Source: an uncultured Actinomycetes bacterium (GTDB lineage: Bacteria > Actinomycetota > Acidimicrobiia > Acidimicrobiales > Ilumatobacteraceae). From it: DNA of 61,262 nucleotides. The stretch lies in NCBI GenBank assembly GCA_937928715.1, contig CALEZQ010000157.1:1-61262 (forward strand), given 5' to 3'. Under the pieces are notes generated by a model. It saw nothing but the letters and a program-made list of their open reading frames with translations. It had not been told where the DNA came from and did not search any database. This document shows positions 10,101 through 17,473 of the stretch, one piece after another. Both the position numbers and the translations under genes were made by a program. The first letter of the stretch is position 1. The number at the start of each line of letters is the position of its first letter.

Positions 10101-11461
10101 GCGCCACGACCGGTGTCACTTTGGTCAAGTTCACCAACGGTCAGGACGCCAACAGCGAGCCCGGCCCGTACATCGTGGTGGGGAGCACGGTCACCTGGAC
10201 CTTCCAGGTCGCCAACACCGGAACGACGGCACTGGTGAGCGTCACCGTCACCGACGACAAGGTCAACGCCTCGGCGATCGACTGCGGCACCGGTACGAAC
10301 ACCATCCCGGTGCTCCTGCCCGGACTGACAGTCACCTGCACCGCCACCGGCACCGCTACTGAGGGCCAGTACGGCAACATCGGCGCCGTGACTGGCGACC
10401 CGGCCATGCCCGACCCGTCGACCCCCGGGATCGACCCGGCCGACCCATCCACCTGGCCGACGACACCCGGTGCGTACACCCCGGCCGTCACCACCGACCC
10501 CGCGGGCAACACCACGCCGCTCACCCCGGTGACCGACGACAACCCGTCGCACTACTTCGGCGCCGACCCGTCGATCCAGATCCAGAAGCAGGTCTGCGTC
10601 CTCGCCGACCAGGCGCTCTGCAGCCCGGCCGACAACGCCCACTGGGCCGACTTCACCGTCATCACCCAGGGCACCCTTGGCACCTTCCGAATCACGGTGA
10701 CCAACACCGGCAATGTCACCCTGGCGCCCGTCCAGCTCACCGACCCGCTGGTTGCGGACTGCGCTGCCACCTTCACAACGCTCACCCCTGGCCAGGTGGA
10801 GGTCGTCACGTGCACGATTGACCCGGTGCCCGGAAGCCTGCGCAACACGGCCACAGCAACCGGCCAGCCCGTCGACGGCGAGGGTGACCCCATCATCGAC
10901 CCGGCGACCGACGAACCGGTGCCCCCCGTGACCGACGACGACGTCGCCGATCTCCAGTTGCCGCCCGACTTGGTGATGGCCAAGACCTCGAACAAGACCA
11001 CTGTGATTGTGGGTGCCATCGTCGACTACACCATCACGGCCGTCAATCAGGGCCTCGGCCCGGCCGCCTCGGTGGTGGCGGTAGATACGTTGCCCGTCGG
11101 TATGGAGCCCGTCGGCCTGCCGCCGAACATGTCGTACGACCCGACTACTCGTCATCTCACCTGGATAGTGGGTGACCTCGCCGCTGGTGCTGCCAAGTCC
11201 ATCACGTATAGCGTCGTGATCGAAGACGTCACAGGAGCGCTGGTGAACGTGGTGGTGGCCAGTAGCGAGACCCCGGGCGACCCGCCGGACAACAACGACG
11301 CCGAGACTCCGGTGCAGGTGACCCGGCCAACCGTGCCACAGACCGGAGGGGACTCCGGTCGATTGCTCTGGCTCGGTGGCGGCCTCCTCGGTGCGGGCAT
11401 CAGTGCCGTGCTCATCGGTCGTCGACGCCGGCAGGCGTTGGAAGGGCGGCCGAGCCGATAG
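4127..11461 (+). CDS. Giant cell-wall-anchored repeat adhesin (SdrD-B/Cna-B-like, DUF11-like and DUF7507-like repeats, VPQTG sorting signal)
   Basis: ORF 3962..11461. The ATG at 4127 precedes a signal-like segment (RTGLLRLATAVGVAATGVLVGTPVLVNAAV); 3962 and 4079 are alternative starts. It contains repeated GDxVWxDxxxDGVQDxGExGxxGVTV units, LxKxx..Y.IxVxNxG DUF11-like units and about 8 units ending in DP(S/D)HYFG. The C-terminus is VPQTG plus a hydrophobic helix plus RRRR. Confidence 0.85.
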   Translation: MMTTPELRLLRGRDATRVGRTGLLRLATAVGVAATGVLVGTPVLVNAAVIETFTKAYDNWLFGDYLLVGNTQMQCITTTTSDRWDADNDGNRTEALAPLVDFASPASLITDCLADQATDNISSLTSNDYRWMVFNDVDGDSTTFNSSSITVTIPSGATVQYAQLLWHGNALGSIDSANVIDDADYDLMDPTGAPLGSWPSCNSTNLDNDWTFYGEGGGPEFDSSTQGGIVTNRMRDAANAAAQGPRNQMKIKVGSGTYQTVTSSDEDITLASSTGRLYQQEAVVTSLFSGVPTGSPLTITGANISTGQGHNCTGGWALVLVVATPSASAAFPVPRRIQIYDGFAVVANGESASTSLAGFLASGPGTVEPRVGVVGWEGDQQIAGDRLTFEGSTLSEPRITSGRTTNYWSSTIGDFTGNPTYNTYTRNPNWADNAGPDIKTDNVPLSLLAASGDGLSVSFSTTGDQYLPGAFIFSAVMSHLQGTVYEDLDHDGIQDAGEAGIPGVTLTLTNGTTTYTTTTDAEGNYIFLGSNDGNGVPTGLPAGTYTLTETQPSGWSDGIDTVGTAGGSDGTNSANDVITTIQHDLTMPSTEYNFGEHRVSIGDTVWNDTNRNGVQNTGEAGISGVTVNLYAAKGTTLVGSTATNGSGFYSFSGLSAGATYVLEFVTPSGYRFTGQDLGGNDGTDSDPNTSTGRVTITAPSSGIGSATSPDNPTFDAGMVQVDLALSKSIVTTGPYYPGQTITYTLTPSNVGTTNALAGWSVTEVLPTGMSLVSMSGTGYTCVSNTCTATGTLGPGNGNPITATATVASTSNTSLRNVAYVSPAAGEVTEVNVLGTPPTAGTDTAATSTNNDAHVDLNSGPSSLGDRVWVDVNSNGVQDGGEVGLTGVTVHLYQSDGTTLITSTTTDYTGNYSFTGLAPATYVVTFVQPTGYLLSPTGAGTASTDSNGLSTTVTLAAGATDSSIDLGVYEFASLGDFVWDDLDADGVQDAGEPGVPGVTVTLLGSDGTTVVATTTTDANGGYEFTDLVPGTYTVTFTQPAGTQLSPTGAGTPSTDSNGLTTTVTLTSGQTDTSIDLGVYRTVSLGDFVWDDPDADGVQGAGEPGVPGVTVTLYGADPTTAVATTTTNDVGFYEFAGLVPGTYTVTFTQPAGYELSPTGTGTPSTDSNGLSTAVTVQSGETDFTIDLGVYQTATIGDVVWVDYDADGVQDAGEPGLPGVIVTLDPGTPGDPSDDETTTTDGNGGYTFTGLVPGDYTTTFTVPAGYTASPSNQGVDTGLDSNGAASSTTLVSGETDLSVDLGLIGAAGITVVKEICDPSVADPCDPLAAIGAGGWTETLAVDFLGDVTWRITVTNSGLQTLTDVVVSDPLVASCAMNPLVASMLPGASQSYICTTSEVLVGFTNTATAKGDDPNGNEVTDDDPATVTTPAPVYGLVVEKSVVNAFGEWTADTAPGIYVTVGEPVSWVYDVSLGASANVPVSGVTVTDDGGPLAGFTAEYVSGDTDNDDLLDPSETWRFESPASLTVTAGQYTNTATATGTPISPAGEDPLTATDPANHFGIDPGVDVVKTTNGLDANTTYGAFIATGAGVAWSYEVSNTGNVPLADVTVVDDQGVVVSCGLADGDDDGDIDLLAVGGTVTCTGTGTAIVGQYANTVTVTGQPADDQGNPIATTDDTPLPTVTADDPSHYFGVNPSVELVKTTQTLDNDTITGPFVTVGDAVLWTYEVTNTGNTALLAVTVTDDRVAASAIDCGDGSNAVALLLPGATVTCTATATATAGQYANTGSVSGQLAFPTTVPSDPSDPDTWPTDPAAYTPVTLTNGSEPMAPVTDTNPDHYFGVVSAVSVVKSTNTVDADAPFGPLVHVGGPVEWTYEVTNDGTVALEDVTLVDDQILASAIDCGDGSNVIALLLPGATVTCTATGTATAGQYANIADVTGTPVFPDPTVVDDPGFDPDDPSTWPTDPAAYQPVTVTDTTGSGTDLPAATATDPSHYYGATTGVTLVKFTNGQDANSEPGPYIVVGSTVTWTFQVANTGTTALVSVTVTDDKVNASAIDCGTGTNTIPVLLPGLTVTCTATGTATEGQYGNIGAVTGDPAMPDPSTPGIDPADPSTWPTTPGAYTPAVTTDPAGNTTPLTPVTDDNPSHYFGADPSIQIQKQVCVLADQALCSPADNAHWADFTVITQGTLGTFRITVTNTGNVTLAPVQLTDPLVADCAATFTTLTPGQVEVVTCTIDPVPGSLRNTATATGQPVDGEGDPIIDPATDEPVPPVTDDDVADLQLPPDLVMAKTSNKTTVIVGAIVDYTITAVNQGLGPAASVVAVDTLPVGMEPVGLPPNMSYDPTTRHLTWIVGDLAAGAAKSITYSVVIEDVTGALVNVVVASSETPGDPPDNNDAETPVQVTRPTVPQTGGDSGRLLWLGGGLLGAGISAVLIGRRRRQALEGRPSR
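6710..8029 (+). repeat. Four tandem 330-bp (110-aa) coding repeats inside the adhesin gene
   Basis: Units start at about 6710, 7040, 7370 and 7700 and each opens with LGD.VW.D.DADGVQD. The units at 7040 and 7370 share long near-identical DNA stretches (tcgctgggcgacttcgtgtgggacgac...). Confidence 0.8.
11333..11461 (+). other. Sortase-type sorting signal with variant motif VPQTG
   Basis: VPQTG (11333-11347), then GGDSGRLLWLGGGLLGAGISAVLIG, then RRRRQ. Confidence 0.6.
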
Positions 11462-11546
11462 AAGTGCTGGGCCGCCCCGTGGAGCCGCGTCTCGTCAAGT
11501 AAGGCCGTGTTTCAAGGCGCCAACGCGGACCAACTCCTGGCGAGCC

Positions 11547-12176
11547 TTACTGGGCGTTGCGCGTCGTGGCTGTGGAGTTGCGCACGGTGAGTGGAGCCAG
11601 GGCGAGCGCCGACAAAGACGGGCACGTGGCGGACGAAGCAAGGGTTCGGCTCGACAGTGTTACTCCCGAGATCGAGTTGACGACGGTGGAACATGGGCCG
11701 CCGTTGTCGCTGGCGGTCATCGACCAGTTGTAGACGGCGAACTGGCGGTCACCGTCGCGGTCAGTGCATCCGAGGGCGACCTTGCCGGTGATTGTGACCG
11801 TGGAGAAGATTGGGACCGTCACGGGGAACGACAGCGTTGAGGTGGCCGATGAGACGGTGGGGGTTGGCGAGTTCTTCTGGCTGCACCAGACGGCGGCACC
11901 ACCGCAGGGGCACGGTCCGGCGAAGTTGATCGTGATGACAATCGTGCTGGATGCGCCTGCGCAGGCGGTTCGTACGAACGAAGCGGAGGCGGTGACGTTG
12001 CCCGGAGCGCACTTGGCGGAGAACACTCCGGCCAAAGCCACCTCGGTGGTGAGCAACACCGGGGCAGTCCATCCGACGGCGCCCGCGGCAGCTGCTCGCC
12101 GGAGCAAGGAGCGCCGGTCGAACCCAGGGCTATGGGTCTCTGCATTGGGTTGCATTTGCTGGCGGCTGAGCGTCAC
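11547..12176 (-). CDS. Tat-signal, Cys-rich secreted protein (hypothetical)
   Basis: Twin-arginine motif FDRRSLLRRAAAAGAVGWTAPV. There are 8 Cys, including PCPCGG. It lies 11 bp downstream of the C11 peptidase gene on the same strand. The start is uncertain (GTG 12176 or ATG 12155). Confidence 0.55.
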   Translation of the reverse strand: MTLSRQQMQPNAETHSPGFDRRSLLRRAAAAGAVGWTAPVLLTTEVALAGVFSAKCAPGNVTASASFVRTACAGASSTIVITINFAGPCPCGGAAVWCSQKNSPTPTVSSATSTLSFPVTVPIFSTVTITGKVALGCTDRDGDRQFAVYNWSMTASDNGGPCSTVVNSISGVTLSSRTLASSATCPSLSALALAPLTVRNSTATTRNAQ

Positions 12177-12187
12177 GACCGCTGGCT

Positions 12188-14185
12188 CTATGGTGTGGTG
12201 ATCTGTGCGGTGGCGGTGGCGGTGTTGCCACCGAAGTCGGTGACGGTGAGTTCGAGCCAGAGGTTCAGGCCGCTTTCGAGTGGTACGAAGGTGAGTTCGA
12301 TGTCATCGAGATCCGCGTAGAGTCCGATGTCGCTGGTGGCGTCCCAGGTGCCGCTGCCGTCCGGGGTGCGGGTGTATTGCTCGGGCACGATGATGCCCGT
12401 CGGGTCGGTTGAGAGTTCTCCGTAGCCGCCGAGTGTCTCGTTGTATGCGTAGTAGGTCTCGTCGATGATCTTGAAGGTGTCTGTTTCGACGGTGATGAGG
12501 AGAAGCACATCTTGGTAGGTCTCGCCGGAGACGTCTTCGGGCGAGTAGTACGCCATCGGGACGCTGATTGTTGCTACGCCGGCTTCGTGGTCCCAGACGA
12601 TCGAGACGTAGGCCTCGACTTCGTCGAGGCCGTCTGACATTCGCAGGATGGTCAGGTCGTAGAACCCGGTTGCGGTGCCGTCTGCCGTGTCGCTACCGGT
12701 GGTTCGTTCGTCGCCGAGGTAGGTGATCGATCCGTCGGGAAGGATGACGCCGTATGAGACGGTCGTGTAGGCGATGTTGGTGACTGTTGCCGGGTCGAGC
12801 GCTGCTGAGATCGTGACGCCTTCATCGCTCAGCTCGACCACCGTACCTTCGTCGCCTGAGGTAGCGAATCTCGGTTGACTGTCCGCGGGGATTTCGCTTC
12901 CGACGCGGTAGTAGCCGACGAGCATCTCCGACCACTTCGAGTTGTCGACCACGTTCGCGTATTCGGCGGACAGGAACTCCTCGGTCTCGGGGAAGTAGAT
13001 GGACAGCCCTGTAGCGCCCAAGGTGGACCGACCCTTGACGGACGCGAGCACCACATCGTTGAGGGCGCGGGTGACTTGGTCGGCCTGTGGCGCTAGGTCG
13101 AGGGCCTCAACGCCAATCGCCGCTACCAGTTGTCCGAGGTCGGCCATGTGGGTGCTCTCGACGGGGTCTGGGCTTCGACCGAACTCGAGGGTGTCAGCTC
13201 GGGTGGCACCGAGCACTGGTGCGACGGCTGCGACGCGTTCGTCGATCGCGGTCGCAAAGGAAGCCATCGCAGAGTCGAGCGCAGGCATCATCGTCAGATC
13301 GAGAAGATGCAATGTGATCGAGTCTGCGGTGCCCTCCGCCTTTGCCTGGTCTCGGAACCCGTTCAGGATCTCTCGACCGAGTTCGTCGACATCGGTGTCC
13401 GGCCGCTCCGCAAGCAGTGCGAGACTTCGGTAGTCCCAGCCGTGTCCTGGCTCAAGCTCCTGCGACGCGATCATTCTTCTGGCCACCGGAGCGAGTTCGC
13501 TCGCCACCTCGTAGGTCGCCATGAGGCAGGCGTCGAAGCCGAGCAGATCCAGCTGCGCTACCCCGGCTCGTTCCAGCCCATCTGCGATCGCGGAATGCAT
13601 CTCGGCGAGAGTGAGGACGTTCCCGCCAGCCGACCCATCATCCCCGACCCCAGGCCACGACGCCCCGTGGTCGGAGATGATCAGGGCGTAATGCTGCGCC
13701 GGGTTCAGTTCGATTCCGGTGGCGATGAAGTCAGCAAGAACGGCAGGGTCACCGGTGTCGACGTCGCCGAGGTCCTCGACGACCGTCGCTGTACCTTGCC
13801 CGACTTGAAGCAGCTTCCCGCCCGTCCAGTCCGGCAACCCAAGCACAGGCTCGTCGCTGTAACTATCCGAGCGGTCCACCAACGCAAAGATGTTCAACGC
13901 GTCCGTTGTCCCAACGGCCCCCATCTCGCCGACGTCCGAGATGAGGAACGGCTCCAGGTCAGTGTCGGCGATCGAGTACACGAGCACCGTCCACGACTTG
14001 GCCTCCACAGCCGGGAGGGTCGTGGTCGACGCAGCCGTGGTTGATGTCGTTGTCAGCGCAATAGACGTAGTGGTTGACGTGGACGCCGGAGGTGCCGCTC
14101 GGTCGTTGCCATTGTGACACGACGCAACCAGAGCCACAGCCGAAAGAAGGGCGAGTGTCGCTCTTGCCCCGAGGTGCACGGTCAT
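12188..14185 (-). CDS. Peptidase C11 (clostripain-like) family lipoprotein
   Basis: ORF 12188..14440. The ATG at 14185 is preceded by GGAGAA and gives the lipobox-like signal MTVHLGARATLALLSAVALVASC. C11-like blocks: WTVLVYSIADTDLE, LIISDHGASWPGVG (His) and LLGFDACLMATYEVA (Cys). A Thr/Ser-rich linker follows the signal. Confidence 0.75.
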   Translation of the reverse strand: MTVHLGARATLALLSAVALVASCHNGNDRAAPPASTSTTTSIALTTTSTTAASTTTLPAVEAKSWTVLVYSIADTDLEPFLISDVGEMGAVGTTDALNIFALVDRSDSYSDEPVLGLPDWTGGKLLQVGQGTATVVEDLGDVDTGDPAVLADFIATGIELNPAQHYALIISDHGASWPGVGDDGSAGGNVLTLAEMHSAIADGLERAGVAQLDLLGFDACLMATYEVASELAPVARRMIASQELEPGHGWDYRSLALLAERPDTDVDELGREILNGFRDQAKAEGTADSITLHLLDLTMMPALDSAMASFATAIDERVAAVAPVLGATRADTLEFGRSPDPVESTHMADLGQLVAAIGVEALDLAPQADQVTRALNDVVLASVKGRSTLGATGLSIYFPETEEFLSAEYANVVDNSKWSEMLVGYYRVGSEIPADSQPRFATSGDEGTVVELSDEGVTISAALDPATVTNIAYTTVSYGVILPDGSITYLGDERTTGSDTADGTATGFYDLTILRMSDGLDEVEAYVSIVWDHEAGVATISVPMAYYSPEDVSGETYQDVLLLITVETDTFKIIDETYYAYNETLGGYGELSTDPTGIIVPEQYTRTPDGSGTWDATSDIGLYADLDDIELTFVPLESGLNLWLELTVTDFGGNTATATAQITTP

Positions 14186-14496
14186 TTCAAGTTCTCCATG
14201 TGTCGTCGTTGTCAAGGCGGGTGCTGGGCCATCGACGGCCCGGTGAGCGCGAGGGACGTGCAGGTCTCGATGCGTTGCAGTTCCGCGCCTCGCGATTCTG
14301 AGGCGGGAACTCCCGCGGGCGATCATCAAGTTCGATGGATTTCCTGGTGGTCCCGTTGCCAAGCCCACTGGCGGTGAGCCTGCGCGGCGCATCACTCCAC
14401 CAATTTGGATGATGAACCCGCCGTCGCTGACGTGGATCATGGCTTCCGACTTGCTGGCTGGGATAGGCAGCGAGCCAAGCTACGGGAGGAGAGCAC

Positions 14497-16878
14497 GTGT
14501 CGAGGGCTGGTTTGGGCGATGGCGGGAGTGGCCCTGATCAACCATTGGCAGCCAGAGGCGGGCTGCGACAGCGGTTGCCGCGACGAGGCATCGAACGCCT
14601 TGTTCGCGTCAAGTCCTCCCCAACCTCTGGGCCTCAGGAACGTCACCGCATGCTCGAACGAGCAAGTGATTGGATCTGGTGCGGCAGGCAGACCGAGGCC
14701 GCTCAACTAGCGCGCGACGTAAAGGATGGGCTGTTCGGTCCACCATCAAGCTCGGAGGTGGCTTGGTCGCTGGCTGTTCGATCGTTGGTGGACGGACTTC
14801 GCGGGGAACTTCCACCGGCCCTCCACCTGCTCCGAGATGCCCTGCACAGCCTCGATGTCGGGGCACCATCGTTTGCCAAGACACGTCCGCTTGCAGACTG
14901 TGGCACCGCTGCGCAACTTCTCGGCGATGTGCAGACGCTGGCATTCGTTGCTCCGATGGTTGTGGAGTGGGCTGAACAGTTCGGCGACATCTCAGCGTCG
15001 GCGCGAGGCTGGAACCAACGTGGATTCGTCCTGTTGAGTGGGGTGCCGCGTCGGGCGAGTACCCATCACTTTCACCCACGGTGCGCCACCCATCCGGCGG
15101 CCTTACGGACAGTTGCGGAAGCCAGAGAGTGCTTCCTGGCAGCGGCGAAGGCAGCGGGCAGAATCGAGGACCCCGGGCTCCACCTCAGTACCGCTCTTAG
15201 CCTCGCGATCGCCGATGCGTTCCTGGGCGCGCAGGGCGCTGTCGAGAAACTGCTGGAGCTTGTCGAACTTTTCTCCGAGCGCGGAAGGCTCGTGTCCCGC
15301 GTGACCGCCCAGTATCACGCGGGCCTGCTCCTTGCAGACGTAGGCAGCTTCTCGGACGCTGAGCGCCTGCTCATGGACGGACTCGAGGCTGCGCGGGCGC
15401 TCGGTGCCGCGACTCTCGTGGAACAGATCACGGGTGCCGTGCTGCGACTTCACTCCTTCACTGGCGATCTCGGGCGGCTCGACCGAGCTGTCCAAGAGTT
15501 TTGGTCGGCAGCCGACGAAAGCACCGCGACGCGAGTGTTGGCCGGGGCGACGTATGCCACACGAACGGCGGGACTCGAGACTCGGCCCTCCGAGGCTGAG
15601 CCCGAGAGCTCCGATCCGCTCACAGGCCTACTTAACCGATACGCGTTCCTTGCGCGACTACCTGCCGTGCGAGAGCGTGGTGGAACTCTGGCCGTGATCA
15701 AGCTAGCCGACTTCTCAAGGCTCAACACGATGCTCGGCTTTGCGGGCGCTGACCACGCGCTGCAGATCGTGGCCCACAGACTCAGTGTCGCATGTGGGGC
15801 GACACTCGCTGGCCGCCTTTGCAACGCCGAGATGGCCGTCTACTGGGGTGCAACTGAAGCAGCTTCGTCCCGGCAGTCGCTGACCGAGCTGAGGCGCGAG
15901 CTCACTGTTGGGACGAAGTCGTTTCTCGTAGACCTTCGCGTCGGATTCGTTCAAGACAGCGGCCACGGCGAGGCGGAGCGCCTCGTGCGCGGTGCCTACA
16001 CGGCCCTCGGACGGACCACCGCTGTCGCATCGAACAACTGGTACAGCCAGTCGGACGAGGAGGCCGAGACGCGCCGATCCGTCATCCTCAACGGCCTTGA
16101 GACAGCTTCGCTCGACGACTTCAACTTTGTCGCGCAGCCGATCGTCAATCTGATCACAAGAGAGGTCGAGTCGTTTGAGTTGCTGACGCGCTGGGACTGT
16201 CCTGGCCTCGGTCCCGTCCCGCCGGACGAGTTCTTTGGGCTGGCAGGGGCGACAGGGAAGTTGGCAGAGCTGACCGAACTCTCTCTGTGTCAGGCCTTGC
16301 AGGTCGCGTACAAGCACGACCTGCCAGGCATTTCGGTCAACATCTCTCCAGGTCTTCTGTCCGATCCATCCTTCGCAGACATGGTGCTCAGAAGCGTGAC
16401 TAACGCCGGGATTGCGCCTTCACGGCTTACGATAGAACTGCTCGAGACGAGCCTGCTGCCGGAGAAGAGCGCCGAGTCGGACGTCCTTGATCGTCTGCAT
16501 TCCCGAGGCATCTCACTGTCAGTAGACGACTTTGGCACCGGCTTCTCCAACCTTTCCTACCTCATTGATCGTCCCATCTCCGAGATCAAGGTCGCGGGGG
16601 TGTTCACCCAGAGCATCAACACGAACTCGAAAGCGAGACGGATGATCGCGGCAGTGAACGAGTTCGCGACAGAGTGCGGCGCTCGGGTGGTGGCCGAGGG
16701 AGCAGAGAGTGCGGAGCAGATCCGGGCCCTCCGCGAACTGGGTTGCGTTCGAGTGCAAGGTTACGCGGTGGCGCATCCAATGCCGCTGGCGAACCTCGGT
16801 GAGTTTCTGAGCCAATGGAGATCCGCCGTGAACACCGGTCCAGCCCTAGTCGACCATCAAGCGGGGTGGTCGGTGTAG
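14497..16878 (+). CDS. Degenerate-GGDEF / EAL-domain c-di-GMP protein with a helical (TPR-like) N-terminal region
   Basis: GTG 14497 is preceded by GGGAGGAG. The GGDEF domain opens with DPLTGLLNRYAF, but the active-site position reads RLCNAEMAV (~15814-15840) rather than GGDEF. EAL-domain blocks: FELLTRW, VNISP, ELLETS, DDFGTGFSNLSYL, AEGAES, VQGY. Confidence 0.8.
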   Translation: MSRAGLGDGGSGPDQPLAARGGLRQRLPRRGIERLVRVKSSPTSGPQERHRMLERASDWIWCGRQTEAAQLARDVKDGLFGPPSSSEVAWSLAVRSLVDGLRGELPPALHLLRDALHSLDVGAPSFAKTRPLADCGTAAQLLGDVQTLAFVAPMVVEWAEQFGDISASARGWNQRGFVLLSGVPRRASTHHFHPRCATHPAALRTVAEARECFLAAAKAAGRIEDPGLHLSTALSLAIADAFLGAQGAVEKLLELVELFSERGRLVSRVTAQYHAGLLLADVGSFSDAERLLMDGLEAARALGAATLVEQITGAVLRLHSFTGDLGRLDRAVQEFWSAADESTATRVLAGATYATRTAGLETRPSEAEPESSDPLTGLLNRYAFLARLPAVRERGGTLAVIKLADFSRLNTMLGFAGADHALQIVAHRLSVACGATLAGRLCNAEMAVYWGATEAASSRQSLTELRRELTVGTKSFLVDLRVGFVQDSGHGEAERLVRGAYTALGRTTAVASNNWYSQSDEEAETRRSVILNGLETASLDDFNFVAQPIVNLITREVESFELLTRWDCPGLGPVPPDEFFGLAGATGKLAELTELSLCQALQVAYKHDLPGISVNISPGLLSDPSFADMVLRSVTNAGIAPSRLTIELLETSLLPEKSAESDVLDRLHSRGISLSVDDFGTGFSNLSYLIDRPISEIKVAGVFTQSINTNSKARRMIAAVNEFATECGARVVAEGAESAEQIRALRELGCVRVQGYAVAHPMPLANLGEFLSQWRSAVNTGPALVDHQAGWSV

Positions 16879-16904
16879 GAGAGACGCCGCAGCCTCGACC
16901 CCGT

Positions 16905-17237
16905 CTATCGTCCACCGAAGTGGTGGATTGATGAACGGTCGGCGTCACCAGTCAGCCTCCTCGTGGTCCCGTCAAGGATGGGCCAGAAACGAGACGAACA
17001 AGGTGGACACTCGATCGCCACCCATGGGAGCCGGAGGCGACCAGGATGAGCGCCCTGGTCGTACTTGTCGCCATGGTTTCGATGCCCCTCCCAGTCCTTG
17101 CAACGCGTGTGGGCCGGGCAATTCTCTCCGTCGTTGCCAGCGAAGTCCGAAGGGGAGACTGGGTGATTGGAGTCGGCTGGGTGGTGGAGGTCGAGGTGCT
17201 CGAGAGCGCAATCGGGGTTGTTCAATCGCATCGTCAT
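16905..17237 (-). CDS. Small His/Cys-rich hypothetical protein (weak call)
   Basis: Internal ATG at 17237 of ORF 16905..17504. The first ~60 codons have high third-position GC by eye. It contains CPAHTRC ... CPPC. No family was recognised. Confidence 0.25.
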   Translation of the reverse strand: MTMRLNNPDCALEHLDLHHPADSNHPVSPSDFAGNDGENCPAHTRCKDWEGHRNHGDKYDQGAHPGRLRLPWVAIECPPCSSRFWPILDGTTRRLTGDADRSSIHHFGGR

Positions 17238-17473
17238 CGCCACTTCTTGAGACACGATAGCTACGTCGAGATCCGGCGTCGCTGTGGCACGCCCACAGTC
17301 TGCGGAAGTTGCGCAGATGGCACGTCTCGCACCAAGTTTCACATCGAGCGAACATGAGGGAATCGAATGGCCATCGTCGCTGCCACGGATGACCAGGCGC
17401 CAATGTCTGGCCGAAGGCCGTTGAGTCGACCAACCGAAGTCCGGTCCGGCTACACAACGAGACTGCACCCACG

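Noticed and set aside
8040-10560. Regularly spaced repeats that could superficially suggest a CRISPR-like array
   Set aside because: The period is ~400-450 bp and fully in-frame coding (DUF7507-like domains ending in HYFG). There are no short direct repeats with unique spacers anywhere in the window.
6860-11155. 1,431-aa ORF on the minus strand inside adhesin 1
   Set aside because: Its composition is Arg/Gly/Val/His-rich and low-complexity, typical of the antisense frame of a high-GC gene. The plus strand carries clear domain repeats and a sorting signal.
11498-11551. 8-bp stem (agtaaggc/gccttact) between convergent genes, considered as a terminator
   Set aside because: The stem is short and the loop is 38 nt. 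The right arm overlaps the stop codon of the minus-strand gene. This is too weak to call.
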